A stretch of 64,000 nucleotides of DNA from Armatimonadota bacterium (GCA_046292385.1 JBKBRF010000017.1:32001-96000); one strand, 5' to 3'; counted from the first letter of the stretch, positions 1 through 8,233 are shown. Numbers and translations are program-made. The notes: generated by a model from the letters alone, not told the origin.

Positions 1-1703
1 CCCGGCTGACCGCGGTAGGCGGCGGGGTAGTCCGCCATCATCGACATGTGGTTCTGGTAGACCACGTACATCGCCAGCTGGTGCGCGCGGGTGCCCTGCA
101 CGGGGGGAGCGAGGTTGCGGAAGCGGTAGTCCCGGGTGAAGACGTTCCGCATCCCGCCCTGGTGGTAATCGAGCGGCCCGGCGAGCATGCGGACGAACGC
201 CGCGTTGACGTTGTGCTCCGGCGGAGTGCCCAATCCGCCCGGCTGCTCCCATTTGTTGTACTCCTGGTTCAGCACCCCTTCGTAGGAGAGCACGTTCGGC
301 CAGGTCCGCTCCATCCCGGTCGGCTTGTAGGAGCCGTGGAGCGTGACCGTGAGGTGGTGCTTCGCGGCCTTTTCCGCCATCTCGTGGTAGAAGCGGACCA
401 TCTCCTGGTCGTCGCGGTCCATGAAGTCGACCATCACGCCCTCGATGCCCCACTCCTCGTACTTGCGGAACGCTTCGTCGATCTGCGGCTGGAGGGCCTT
501 CCAGTGCATCCAGAGCCGCAGCCGCACCCCCTTCTCCCGGGCGTAGCGGAGTAGCTCCGGCAGGTCGATCGACGGGGCGGCTGTCGTGACGTCGGTCGGT
601 CCCACCGGCGCGATCGGTCCCCCGTACCAGGCGATGTCGAGGCCGTCGAGGGAGTGGTAAGGGATCCCCTGCTCCGCGCAGAAGTCGATGTAGTGCTTCA
701 TCGTGGCGGTGTTGACACCCGGCTTGAAGTCGACGCCTTCGAGTACGTAGCCGTTCCACCAGGGGAAGGTGGTCTTGCCCGGCTTGATCCAGGAGGTGTC
801 CTGGATCGCCGGCGGGTCGCTGAGGTGGAAGACGAGATGCGACTCGACGAGGCGTCCCGGGTGGTCCGCGATCATCAGCACCCGCCACGGTGAGGCGTGG
901 GGAGTCTTGCCCAGGACCTTCGCTCCGTCGCGCCGGCCCGGCAGGGGGGACAGCTTCGTGGTCAGCGTTCCCGGCCGGCCTGCGCTCCCGGAGAGGTACA
1001 TGCCGGCGTAGTCGGTCAGGTTCGCCTCGGTCACCGCGAGCCAGGACCGCGGGGAGCCGCCGCGCCCGCGCTCCAGCAGCAGGGGCAGGCCGACCAGCCG
1101 CTGCGGACCGATCTCCGATACCGGCCGCGTCTCGTAGTACTTCTCGTAGGAAGTGGTGTAGCTGTCCAGAGGGAGGAGCCGCGCCGGCGGATCGCCGGGA
1201 AAGGTGAGCTCGGTCCGCTCCTCCGTCAAGACGAAGTCGGCGAGCGGCTTCTGCACCGGGAGCCGGTAGCGGAACGCGACGCCGTCGTTGAACGCGCGGA
1301 ACGCCAGCTCGAGCTTCCGGCCGGGCGCGGCCGTCTCCTCCAGCGAGACGACCAGCTCCCGGTGCTGATCACGCGCTCGGGAGGCCTTTCCGACCGGGAT
1401 GCGATAGGTCTCGTCCTGGGTCCTCCGGCGGGTGCGGACGATGCGCAGGTGGTCGCCCAGCAGTCCCGAGCCGGCGAGCTCCAGCGCGAGGCGTCCGGTG
1501 GCGACCGGCTCGCCGCGATAGGTCACTTCGAGCTCGGGCCGGCCTTCCGCTCCCAGCCGGAACGCCAGGCGGATCTGTCGATCGGGAGAGGTCAGCTCCA
1601 GCGGCACCGCGGGCTGCTCCGCCGCGGAAAGCGGCGCGAGAGAGGCGGCGAGCGCGAGAAGCAGGAGGCAGGGCGGCAAAATTCCGCAAGGGGGCGTGGG
1701 CAC
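1..1703 (-). CDS. Glycoside hydrolase family 97 (alpha-glucosidase/alpha-galactosidase), runs off the window start
   Basis: Not in the ORF track. Manual minus-strand reading: AAAGGAG RBS, GTG at 1703, signal peptide MPTPPCGILPPCLLLLALAASLAPLSA, then LTSPDR, DTSWIKPGKTTFPWWNG, HGSYKPTGMERTWPNVLSYEGV and GTRAHQLAMYVV, all typical of GH97. Confidence 0.9.
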   Translation of the reverse strand, partial: MPTPPCGILPPCLLLLALAASLAPLSAAEQPAVPLELTSPDRQIRLAFRLGAEGRPELEVTYRGEPVATGRLALELAGSGLLGDHLRIVRTRRRTQDETYRIPVGKASRARDQHRELVVSLEETAAPGRKLELAFRAFNDGVAFRYRLPVQKPLADFVLTEERTELTFPGDPPARLLPLDSYTTSYEKYYETRPVSEIGPQRLVGLPLLLERGRGGSPRSWLAVTEANLTDYAGMYLSGSAGRPGTLTTKLSPLPGRRDGAKVLGKTPHASPWRVLMIADHPGRLVESHLVFHLSDPPAIQDTSWIKPGKTTFPWWNGYVLEGVDFKPGVNTATMKHYIDFCAEQGIPYHSLDGLDIAWYGGPIAPVGPTDVTTAAPSIDLPELLRYAREKGVRLRLWMHWKALQPQIDEAFRKYEEWGIEGVMVDFMDRDDQEMVRFYHEMAEKAAKHHLTVTLHGSYKPTGMERTWPNVLSYEGVLNQEYNKWEQPGGLGTPPEHNVNAAFVRMLAGPLDYHQGGMRNVFTRDYRFRNLAPPVQGTRAHQLAMYVVYQNHMSMMADYPAAYRGQP

Positions 1704-1805
1704 GGTCCGGTGCTCCTTTAACCAGGCATTCATTCGCGGGGGACCCCAGACTATGGTAAAGAAGGGAGGGTGAGCGATCTTCCCCCGCCCTCGTCCTTCC
1801 ACGTC

Positions 1806-3146
1806 ATGAGCTTCCCACTTCGTTTCGTTCGCTTCGGCGTCCCCGGCCTGCTCTTCCTGCTGGCGATTCCGCTGGTGGCGCAGGAGCGCCGGTCCCGGCC
1901 GCCCGCGGTACCGCCGGCCGTGGCGCACCAGCCGCTGGCGATTCCCGACCGGGTGATCCTGACCTGGAACGGCGACCCTGCCCACTCGCAGGCGGTGACG
2001 TGGCGGACCGATACCTCCGTGGAGCGGGCCATCGCGCAGCTCGCGGAGGCGACCCACGGGCCGGAGTTCCAGAAGAGCGCGCGGACGGTCGAGGCGACCA
2101 CCCAGCCGTTCACCAGCGACCTCGGCCCGGCACACTACCACAGCGTCACCTTCGCCGGGCTGGCGCCCTCCACGCTCTACACCTACCGCGTGGGCGACGG
2201 CACCAACTGGAGCGAGTGGTTCCAGTTCCGCACCGCCTCCGAGGAGCCGGAGCCGTTCTCGTTCATCTACTTCGGCGACGCGCAGAACGACCTGAAGTCG
2301 CTCTGGTCGCGCGTCATCCGCCAGGCGTACTCCGACGACCCGAAGGCGCGGTTCCTGCTGCACGCGGGCGACCTGATCAACGTCGCCCCGCGCGACGCCG
2401 AATGGGGCGACTGGCACTACGCCGGCGGCTGGGTGAACGGCATGATCCCCAGCGTGCCGACCCCGGGCAACCACGAATACGGCCGCGGCCGGGACCTGAA
2501 GCCGCTCCTGGCGCCGCACTGGCGGCCCACCTTCACGCTGCCGGAGCATGGCCCGAAGGGGCTGGAGGAGACGGTCTACTACCTCGACTACCAGGGGGTG
2601 CGGATCATCTCGCTCAACTCCAACGAGCGGCAGGAGGAGCAGATCCCCTGGCTGGAGCGAGTGCTGGCCGAGAACCCGAACCGGTGGACGATCCTCACCT
2701 TCCACCACCCGCTCTTCAACGCCGCGAAGGGACGGGAGAACGAGAAGCTCCGCAACCTGTGGCAGCCGGTCTTCGACCGGTACCGGGTCGACCTGGTGCT
2801 GCAGGGACACGACCACACCTACGCCCGCAGCAACCTGATGTCCGGTGCCAACGTCCGCGACCCCGAGGCGGGGACCGTCTACGTCGTCTCGGTGAGCGGA
2901 CCGAAGCTCTACAACGTGGAGCGGGAGCCGTGGATGAAGCGGGTGGCGGAAGACACGCAGCTGTACCAGGTGATCTCGATCGACGGCGGCCGGCTCCGCT
3001 ACCAGGCCCGCACCGCCACCGGCGAGCTGTACGACGCCTTCGACTTGCTGAAGCGCGACGGCGAGCCGAACGAGCTGATCAACCGCATCCCGAAGCGGAT
3101 GCCGGAGCGCCTCCGCCCGCCGGCTCCTGCCGCTACTGCTCGTTGA
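1806..3146 (+). CDS. Secreted purple acid phosphatase-like metallophosphoesterase with FN3-like N-domain
   Basis: Signal peptide; motifs GDAQN, HAGDLIN, GNHE, HHP, GHDH. Confidence 0.9.
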   Translation: MSFPLRFVRFGVPGLLFLLAIPLVAQERRSRPPAVPPAVAHQPLAIPDRVILTWNGDPAHSQAVTWRTDTSVERAIAQLAEATHGPEFQKSARTVEATTQPFTSDLGPAHYHSVTFAGLAPSTLYTYRVGDGTNWSEWFQFRTASEEPEPFSFIYFGDAQNDLKSLWSRVIRQAYSDDPKARFLLHAGDLINVAPRDAEWGDWHYAGGWVNGMIPSVPTPGNHEYGRGRDLKPLLAPHWRPTFTLPEHGPKGLEETVYYLDYQGVRIISLNSNERQEEQIPWLERVLAENPNRWTILTFHHPLFNAAKGRENEKLRNLWQPVFDRYRVDLVLQGHDHTYARSNLMSGANVRDPEAGTVYVVSVSGPKLYNVEREPWMKRVAEDTQLYQVISIDGGRLRYQARTATGELYDAFDLLKRDGEPNELINRIPKRMPERLRPPAPAATAR

Positions 3147-4380
3147 TCGGGCGGCCGGGTGGGGGCGGGCCGGGGTCGGTCCAGCTCCAGGTGGGGCGGT
3201 AGCGGATCGCCAGGTGGGGCGTCTCCATCGCCGTGCCGCCGCCGTGGCGGGAGTGGAGCAGGGCGTCGAGCGCGCCGCTCGTCAGGAGGGTCCGCTCCAC
3301 CGGCCAGCTCGGGCGCCCGGTGTGGATCATCTCCTCGATCCCGTTCAGCAGCAGCGTGAAGTGGTAGAACGGGCGCGCCTCCTGCGTCCAGAAGAGCGTC
3401 GCTTCCGGCTCCTTCCCTTCCTCTCTCCAGGCGATCGACCACTCTCCCACGGCCGGGTTCAGGGTGAAGACGCTCGCCTTGAAGCCGTCCCGGTACTCCA
3501 GCAGGAAGACGGTCGGGTTCGGCACCGCCTTCTCCAGGTCGTCGACGGGGCGGGAGAGCCGTCCCAGCGCCTGCTGCAGCAGCGCGCGGTCGTATCTCCC
3601 CTGCCGGCCCGCCTCCCACACGGCGGGCCCTTCCAGGCACTGCACGCGCCGGATGCCGCTCTCCCCGCCCTTCCGCTGCTCCGCTACGCACTGCAGCATC
3701 TCCATCGCGTGGAAGCCGTAGCCGTAGAGCGTGTGGTAGGAGACGGCGACCGCCTCCCGCAGCGGGGCTCCCTTTCGGGGCGCGACGGGCGGGCGGCGCC
3801 AGGTGAGCGGGACGGATGAGCCGGCCATCAACGGGAATCCCAGCTCCCGCGCCGTGTCGTACATCTCCCGGCTCTCTTCCCAGGAGTGGGAGAGGTGCTT
3901 GTCCGTAAAGACCGACACCGAGCGCTTCGACTTTCGGAAGACCTCCACCGTCTCGTCGAAGAACCGCTTGCGCGGGTAGAGCTCGTGGCCCTGCGGGCTG
4001 TGCGGGTACTTCCCGTGCTCGCCGACGAGGATCACGCCGTCGACGGCCAGCCGGTCGCCTCCGAGCGTGAGGGTCTCGCGGATGTTCGGGTAGATCGGGA
4101 AGCCGTACTCCCGGGCAAACTTACGGCTCAGGTCGTTCTCCGGGAACTGGTCCACGTAGAGCGCGGCGAGCTGGAGGTCGGGCTTGCGGCCTTTGAAGTC
4201 GAGCGTCTTCGTCTGGAAGAGGCGGCTCAGGATGACGTCGGCGTGGGAGTTGTGGTGGTAGACGGTCACCACGCCCGCCACGCGCCTGGGGCGCCGCGGG
4301 GCGGCGGAGGCGGCGGCGCCGAGCAGGGCCGCGGGGGCGCCGAGGAGCAGGGCGCGGCGGTGGAGGGTGGAGGGGTTCAT
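3133..4380 (-). CDS. Conserved Tat-type exported protein, Gfo/Idh/MocA-like oxidoreductase fold
   Basis: Start MNPSTLHRRALLLG (twin-Arg); VDGVILVGEHGKYP, FTDKHLS, LMAGSS and YGFHAME motifs resemble a Planctomycete-type family. Confidence 0.65.
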   Translation of the reverse strand: MNPSTLHRRALLLGAPAALLGAAASAAPRRPRRVAGVVTVYHHNSHADVILSRLFQTKTLDFKGRKPDLQLAALYVDQFPENDLSRKFAREYGFPIYPNIRETLTLGGDRLAVDGVILVGEHGKYPHSPQGHELYPRKRFFDETVEVFRKSKRSVSVFTDKHLSHSWEESREMYDTARELGFPLMAGSSVPLTWRRPPVAPRKGAPLREAVAVSYHTLYGYGFHAMEMLQCVAEQRKGGESGIRRVQCLEGPAVWEAGRQGRYDRALLQQALGRLSRPVDDLEKAVPNPTVFLLEYRDGFKASVFTLNPAVGEWSIAWREEGKEPEATLFWTQEARPFYHFTLLLNGIEEMIHTGRPSWPVERTLLTSGALDALLHSRHGGGTAMETPHLAIRYRPTWSWTDPGPPPPGRPINEQ

Positions 4381-4793
4381 GGTGGATTCAGGTGCGGAAG
4401 ACGGACCCGGTTTCCCTGCTCCGCTCGGGCTGCAGCGTTTCGCCGGGGTGCAGCGCCGGGACCGTGGGTCCGACCCCGCGCCCTCGTTCCGGGATTCAGC
4501 CCTCCCGCGACGGGTGCCCTCCGCTGGCCCTTTCACACTTCGCTTCGCTCCGTTAGCGGGCCGCTGCGGGAGTGCTCCTCGACGCGCGCTTCCCGCGCCA
4601 TATTCGTGATCTACACGTCGGCTGTGCTCACGGGCTGAATCCCGGCCCTTCGAGCGATCCCCCCTTGGCCAAGGGGGGATCACAGGTGGCGTCCTCCAGC
4701 GGCGCCTGCGGCTCCGCTTCCAGACGCCCCGGGTTTCTGGCTGCACTGACGATGGCGAGTAGGGGTTCTCCCGACGACCAAACCAGGTCATCT

Positions 4794-4844
4794 GAGTCCC
4801 CGCAGGGGGACTTCGTGCCGTTGTTGCTGCGGTTTCAACCGCCC
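4794..4844 (+). repeat. REP-like palindromic dispersed repeat, copy 1
   Basis: GAGTCCCCGCAGGGGGACTTCGTGCCGTTGTTGCTGCGGTTTCAACCGCCC; related copies at 14882-14932 and 58232-58282 (reverse). Confidence 0.8.
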
Positions 4845-4963
4845 GACAGGCTGATCCACTGCCCCTCGGATGTTTCGACCATCCGGCAGGTGTGGGAGGC
4901 AAGCGGACGGGTGGGGGTGAACGTGGAGGGGTTCCCCATTCCTCCCGCTTCGAGTCCCTCCTC

Positions 4964-6007
4964 GTGAACCCGATCCAGACCCGTCTCCTCGATTACCAGG
5001 CGGAAGGCGACCGCGCTCTCCGCACCGCCGCCGGGCTGCTGCGCGCGGGCGGCCTCGTCGCCTTTCCTACGGAGACCGTCTACGGCCTCGGCGCCCTGGG
5101 CCTGAACCCTCATTCGGTGCGCCGGATCTTCGAGGCGAAGGAGCGGCCGGAGGCGGACCCGCTGATCCTGCACGTGGCGCTTCCGGAGTGGGCGCGGCTG
5201 CTGGCGGGAGAGATCCCCCACGCGTTCGAGCGGCTGGCCGCCGCCTTCTGGCCGGGCCCGCTCACGCTGGTGCTCCCGAAGAACCGGGACGTGCCGGACC
5301 TGGTGACCGCCGGCCTCGACTCGGTGGCGGTCCGGATGCCCTCCCACCCGGTGGCGCTGCGGCTGCTGCGGGAGGTGGGGGAGCCGCTCGCGGCCCCGAG
5401 CGCCAACCTGTTCGGGCACACCAGCCCCACCACGGCGGCGCACGTGCTCGCCGACCTGAACGGCCGGATCAACGCGGTGCTCGATGCCGGTCCGACCGAC
5501 GTGGGCGTGGAGTCGACGGTCGTCGACGTGCGCGGCGACACGCCGGTGCTCCTCCGGCCCGGTGGTATCTCCCGCGAAGAGCTGGAGCGGGTGCTCGGCC
5601 GGCCGGTCGAGCTGCACCGCGGCGGGGAAGTAGAGCTTCGCTCTCCCGGCCTGCTCGCCCGCCACTACAGCCCGCGGGCGGAGCTGCGTCTCTTCGCCGG
5701 GGATGACGACTCGGCGGTGCTCGCCGCCATACAGCGCGACCTCGCCGGCGAGGCTTCCCCGGACCAGGCGGTGCTCGCCTATCAGGAGGACGTGCCGGTG
5801 TTCCAGTCGCTGCCGGTGCGAGTGATCGAGCTGCCGTCCCGCACAGAGCCGGAGCGGGTGGCACAGCGCCTCTACGCCGCCCTCCGCGAGGCGGACGAAG
5901 CCGGCGCCCGGCTCCTCTACGCGCGCCTGCTGCCCCCCGGCGGCCTCGCCGAAGCGGTGAACGACCGGCTCCTCCGCGCCGCCTCCGGCGTCCTTCGAAC
6001 GGTCTGA
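4964..6007 (+). CDS. sua5: L-threonylcarbamoyladenylate synthase, Sua5/TsaC2 type with C-terminal SUA5 domain
   Basis: VAFPTETVYGLGA, AKERP, AFWPGPLT, LAAPSAN, GVESTVVD, SPGLLARHYSP motifs. Confidence 0.95.
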   Translation: MNPIQTRLLDYQAEGDRALRTAAGLLRAGGLVAFPTETVYGLGALGLNPHSVRRIFEAKERPEADPLILHVALPEWARLLAGEIPHAFERLAAAFWPGPLTLVLPKNRDVPDLVTAGLDSVAVRMPSHPVALRLLREVGEPLAAPSANLFGHTSPTTAAHVLADLNGRINAVLDAGPTDVGVESTVVDVRGDTPVLLRPGGISREELERVLGRPVELHRGGEVELRSPGLLARHYSPRAELRLFAGDDDSAVLAAIQRDLAGEASPDQAVLAYQEDVPVFQSLPVRVIELPSRTEPERVAQRLYAALREADEAGARLLYARLLPPGGLAEAVNDRLLRAASGVLRTV

Positions 6008-6117
6008 GACGGGCCGTCGACCGCTCTGCCACCCGTTCGCCGCACGGGCGGGCAGGGGAGCGTGGTCCTGCCGGTTAACGTTAGGAAGTCCTCTCTTTGC
6101 TCCAGTGGAGGCTTCCG

Positions 6118-6906
6118 ATGCGATTTCGCCTGCCGCTTCCGGCGACTCTCCTGGTCGCCCTCGCCTGCGCCGCGGTTCCCGCGCTCTCCGCCGCGCGGCC
6201 CGCGCCGATCCGCGCCGCCGCCACTCCGCAGATCTTTGGGATCTCCCCGGCGCGGGGAGAGCAGGGCGCCTCGCTGACGCTCGTCCTCCAGGGGACCCGC
6301 TTCGAGCACGGCGCGACCGTTAGCCTGGGAGAGGGGATCAGCGTGACGGAAGCGGTGGTGAGCGGGCGGGGAGTCCGGGCGCTGCTCGACCATATCCTGA
6401 CCCTGCGGATCGAGATCGCCGCGGACGCGGAGCCCGGCCCGCGGGATGTGACGGTCACCAACCCCGGCGGCGAGACCGCCGTCGCTCCCGCGGCCTTCGA
6501 GGTGGTCGCTCCACCCCCGGTGCCGCGGCCGGACCTGGCGGGCACCTGGAAGAAGGTGAAGGTCCGGAGCATCCCGGGCCGGCGGGGCGCGGAGGGCAGC
6601 ACCCTCTTCACCGGTACGCTGCAGGTCGCCAACTCCGGTGCCGCGGCGGCGCGCTCGTTCGTGGTGCGGTTCGTCGCGGCGGAGACCGCCGACGGTGAGG
6701 GCGCCCTCCCGCTCGGCAAGCCGAAGAAGGTGGCGCACCGCCTGAAGCCCGGCGCCCGCCACACCGTGAAGCTGAAGGCCCGGCTGCCGCGGAGCGCGCT
6801 CGATCCTACCGGGAAATACCTGCTGGCGCTCCTCGATTCCACCGATCGGGTGGAAGAGGGCGACGAGCAGAACAACGCCGTCGCCTTCGCCCTGCCGGTG
6901 CCGTAG
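6118..6906 (+). CDS. Secreted protein with an IPT/TIG-like Ig domain and a C-terminal CARDB-like domain
   Basis: GGAGG RBS, signal peptide, ISPARGEQG...GPRDVTVTNPGG, PDL...VEEGDEQNN. Confidence 0.7.
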   Translation: MRFRLPLPATLLVALACAAVPALSAARPAPIRAAATPQIFGISPARGEQGASLTLVLQGTRFEHGATVSLGEGISVTEAVVSGRGVRALLDHILTLRIEIAADAEPGPRDVTVTNPGGETAVAPAAFEVVAPPPVPRPDLAGTWKKVKVRSIPGRRGAEGSTLFTGTLQVANSGAAAARSFVVRFVAAETADGEGALPLGKPKKVAHRLKPGARHTVKLKARLPRSALDPTGKYLLALLDSTDRVEEGDEQNNAVAFALPVP

Positions 6907-6965
6907 CAGGTCTCCGAAGGCTCGCGCTCCTCTCGCGCCGGTGCTGAGACCCGGAAAAAAGCCTC

Positions 6966-7015
6966 TTGCGCCTCTGATATCGTGATGATATCATTCTGTC
7001 GTCGTGGTGACATCA
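6966..7015 (+). promoter_or_regulatory. Sigma70-type promoter overlapped by three phased TGAYATCR palindromes
   Basis: -35 TTGCGC 6966-6971, 17-bp spacer, extended -10 TGnTATCAT (hexamer 6989-6994); TGATATCG 6975, TGATATCA 6986, TGACATCA 7008. Confidence 0.7.
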
Positions 7016-7041
7016 GGGGCGAGGGCGGCCATACTGAGCGT

Positions 7042-7242
7042 ATGAGTGACTCGGCACCCCCCAAGAAACGGACGATGACGGCGGTCACCTATCCGAACCG
7101 CCTGCTGCACTACGACGACGACGAGGGAATGGCGCTGCTGCGCGAGATCGCGCGCCGGCACGGGCTCTCCCTCGCGGCGGCGCTGCGGATGCTCGTGAGA
7201 GAGGCCGCGGAGCGCCGCGGGATACGGAAGAAAACGGAATAG
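7042..7242 (+). CDS. Small ribbon-helix-helix (CopG-like) DNA-binding protein
   Basis: 66 aa; strand RLLHY, helix DDEGMALLREIARRHG, helix SLAAALRMLVREAA. Confidence 0.7.
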   Translation: MSDSAPPKKRTMTAVTYPNRLLHYDDDEGMALLREIARRHGLSLAAALRMLVREAAERRGIRKKTE

Positions 7243-7278
7243 GAGCCTATCCCTAGCGAGATCGGCTCTAGACTTTCG

Positions 7279-7348
7279 GCGCGGGCCGAAGTGCCTGGGT
7301 TCTCGTCTGCTAAACGAACCACCCCCAGGCGCACGTGCTTGCCCGCGC
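7279..7348 (+). ncRNA. Y-RNA-like element, type A copy 1 (short hairpin with Ro-binding stem)
   Basis: GCGCGGGC-C-GAAGTGCCTGGG...CCCAGGCGCAC...CTTGCCCGCGC: terminal helix with bulged C; upstream of rsr. Confidence 0.75.
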
Positions 7349-7355
7349 ATCCTTT

Positions 7356-7477
7356 CCAGACGTAGCTCAACGGCAGAGCATCAGGTAAACCCTTCGGCGG
7401 TGACTTGCCCGGAGACGGGCCGGATGTTGAAGGTTAACGGCCCTTGAGGGGTGCAGGTTCGAATCCTGCCGTCTGGT
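7356..7477 (+). ncRNA. tRNA-shaped Y-RNA-like element, type B copy 1 (Ro-binding helix in place of the anticodon loop)
   Basis: Acceptor CCAGACG/CGTCTGG, D arm GCTC-AACGGCA-GAGC, stem TCAGG/CTTGA enclosing 57 nt containing CTTGCCCG-GAGA-CGGGCCGGA, T arm GCAGG-TTCGAAT-CCTGC. Confidence 0.8.
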
Positions 7478-7479
7478 GT

Positions 7480-7582
7480 GAGATGGGCCGCTGCGAATCG
7501 GTTATCGGAGTTCAAGCCTTCCCGTCCCGACCTGTCGGGACGAGCCCACCGGGGGCACCCGATCGCGCTGCTTGCCTGTCTC
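7480..7582 (+). ncRNA. Y-RNA-like element, type C copy 1
   Basis: GAGATGGGC-C-GCTGCGAATCGGTTATC...CCGATCGCG...CTTGCCTGTCTC with internal hairpins. Confidence 0.7.
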
Positions 7583-7588
7583 GCTTTG

Positions 7589-7656
7589 GAAGCGGGCCGG
7601 AGTGCCTGGGTTATCCTGTCACGATGAACCCCAGGCGCATGCAGCTTGCCTGCTTC
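7589..7656 (+). ncRNA. Y-RNA-like element, type A copy 2
   Basis: GAAGCGGGC-C-GGAGTGCCTGGGTTATC...CCCAGGCGC...CTTGCCTGCTTC. Confidence 0.75.
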
Positions 7657-7689
7657 ACTCCTGGGGCTCTCCACGGAGCGGCCCCGGTT

Positions 7690-7812
7690 TCGGACGTAGC
7701 TCAGAGGTAGAGCACCAGGAAACCCCTTCGCTGCTCACTTGCCCGGAGACGGGCCGAAAGCTGAAGGTTACCTATACCCTGGCGGCCGCGGGTTCGAGTC
7801 CCGCCGTCCGGA
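7690..7812 (+). ncRNA. tRNA-shaped Y-RNA-like element, type B copy 2
   Basis: Acceptor TCGGACG/CGTCCGG, D arm GCTC-AGAGGTA-GAGC, stem CCAGG/CCTGG enclosing 58 nt containing CTTGCCCG-GAGA-CGGGCCGAA, T arm GCGGG-TTCGAGT-CCCGC. Confidence 0.8.
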
Positions 7813-7840
7813 GTGTTCGCTCTCCTGGGAGCGGACTTTA

Positions 7841-7933
7841 GAGATGGGCCGCTGCGGCTCGCTTATCGGCACACAGGTGGGCTCGAGACCCACCACCCTT
7901 CGGGGTTGGCGAGCCGCGTCACTTGTCCATCTC
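7841..7933 (+). ncRNA. Y-RNA-like element, type C copy 2
   Basis: GAGATGGGC-C-GCTGCGGCTCGCTTATC...GCGAGCCGCG...CTTGTCCATCTC; internal T-arm-like GTGGG-CTCGAGA-CCCAC and a UUCG hairpin. Confidence 0.7.
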
Positions 7934-8103
7934 AGGTTAGAACCGACCCCGTGGGCAAAACGGGCTGCGCCTGGCTGTGAGGTGCGGATTTGTCGTCGCG
8001 GCGGAACGTCCGATATTCGTCCATATCGACCGTCCCGCCGCTCCTAATCTCCGCCCCTCTCGCTCAGGCTCGCCGTACCTTTGCCTACGCGGACCGGTTC
8101 CTG

Positions 8104-8171
8104 GAAGCGGGCCGGAGTGCCTGGGTTATCTTAGGGAGATAACACCCAGGCGCGCGGAGCTTGCCCGCTTC
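8104..8171 (+). ncRNA. Y-RNA-like element, type A copy 3
   Basis: GAAGCGGGC-C-GGAGTGCCTGGGTTATC...CCCAGGCGC...CTTGCCCGCTTC, 62 nt before the rsr start. Confidence 0.75.
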
Positions 8172-8233
8172 ACCTGTCGGGGTGCGGGGGACAACGGGGT
8201 CTCCCGCACCCTCCGGCCGAGGAGGGCCGTGCC

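Noticed and set aside
4381..4902. N-terminal extension of the 3133-4902 ORF
   Set aside because: It runs through REP-like and hairpin repeats; the twin-Arg signal at 4380 marks the likely start.
7243..7268. GAGCCTATCC...GGCTC as a second copy of the 63412 MITE
   Set aside because: Only a 10-bp match, with no full TIR pair or TTA duplication; more likely a small hairpin.
7356..7812. Two ordinary tRNA genes, or intron-containing tRNAs
   Set aside because: There is no 7-nt anticodon loop. The 57-58 nt insert is far too short for a group I or II intron and carries the same Ro-type motif as the neighbouring elements.
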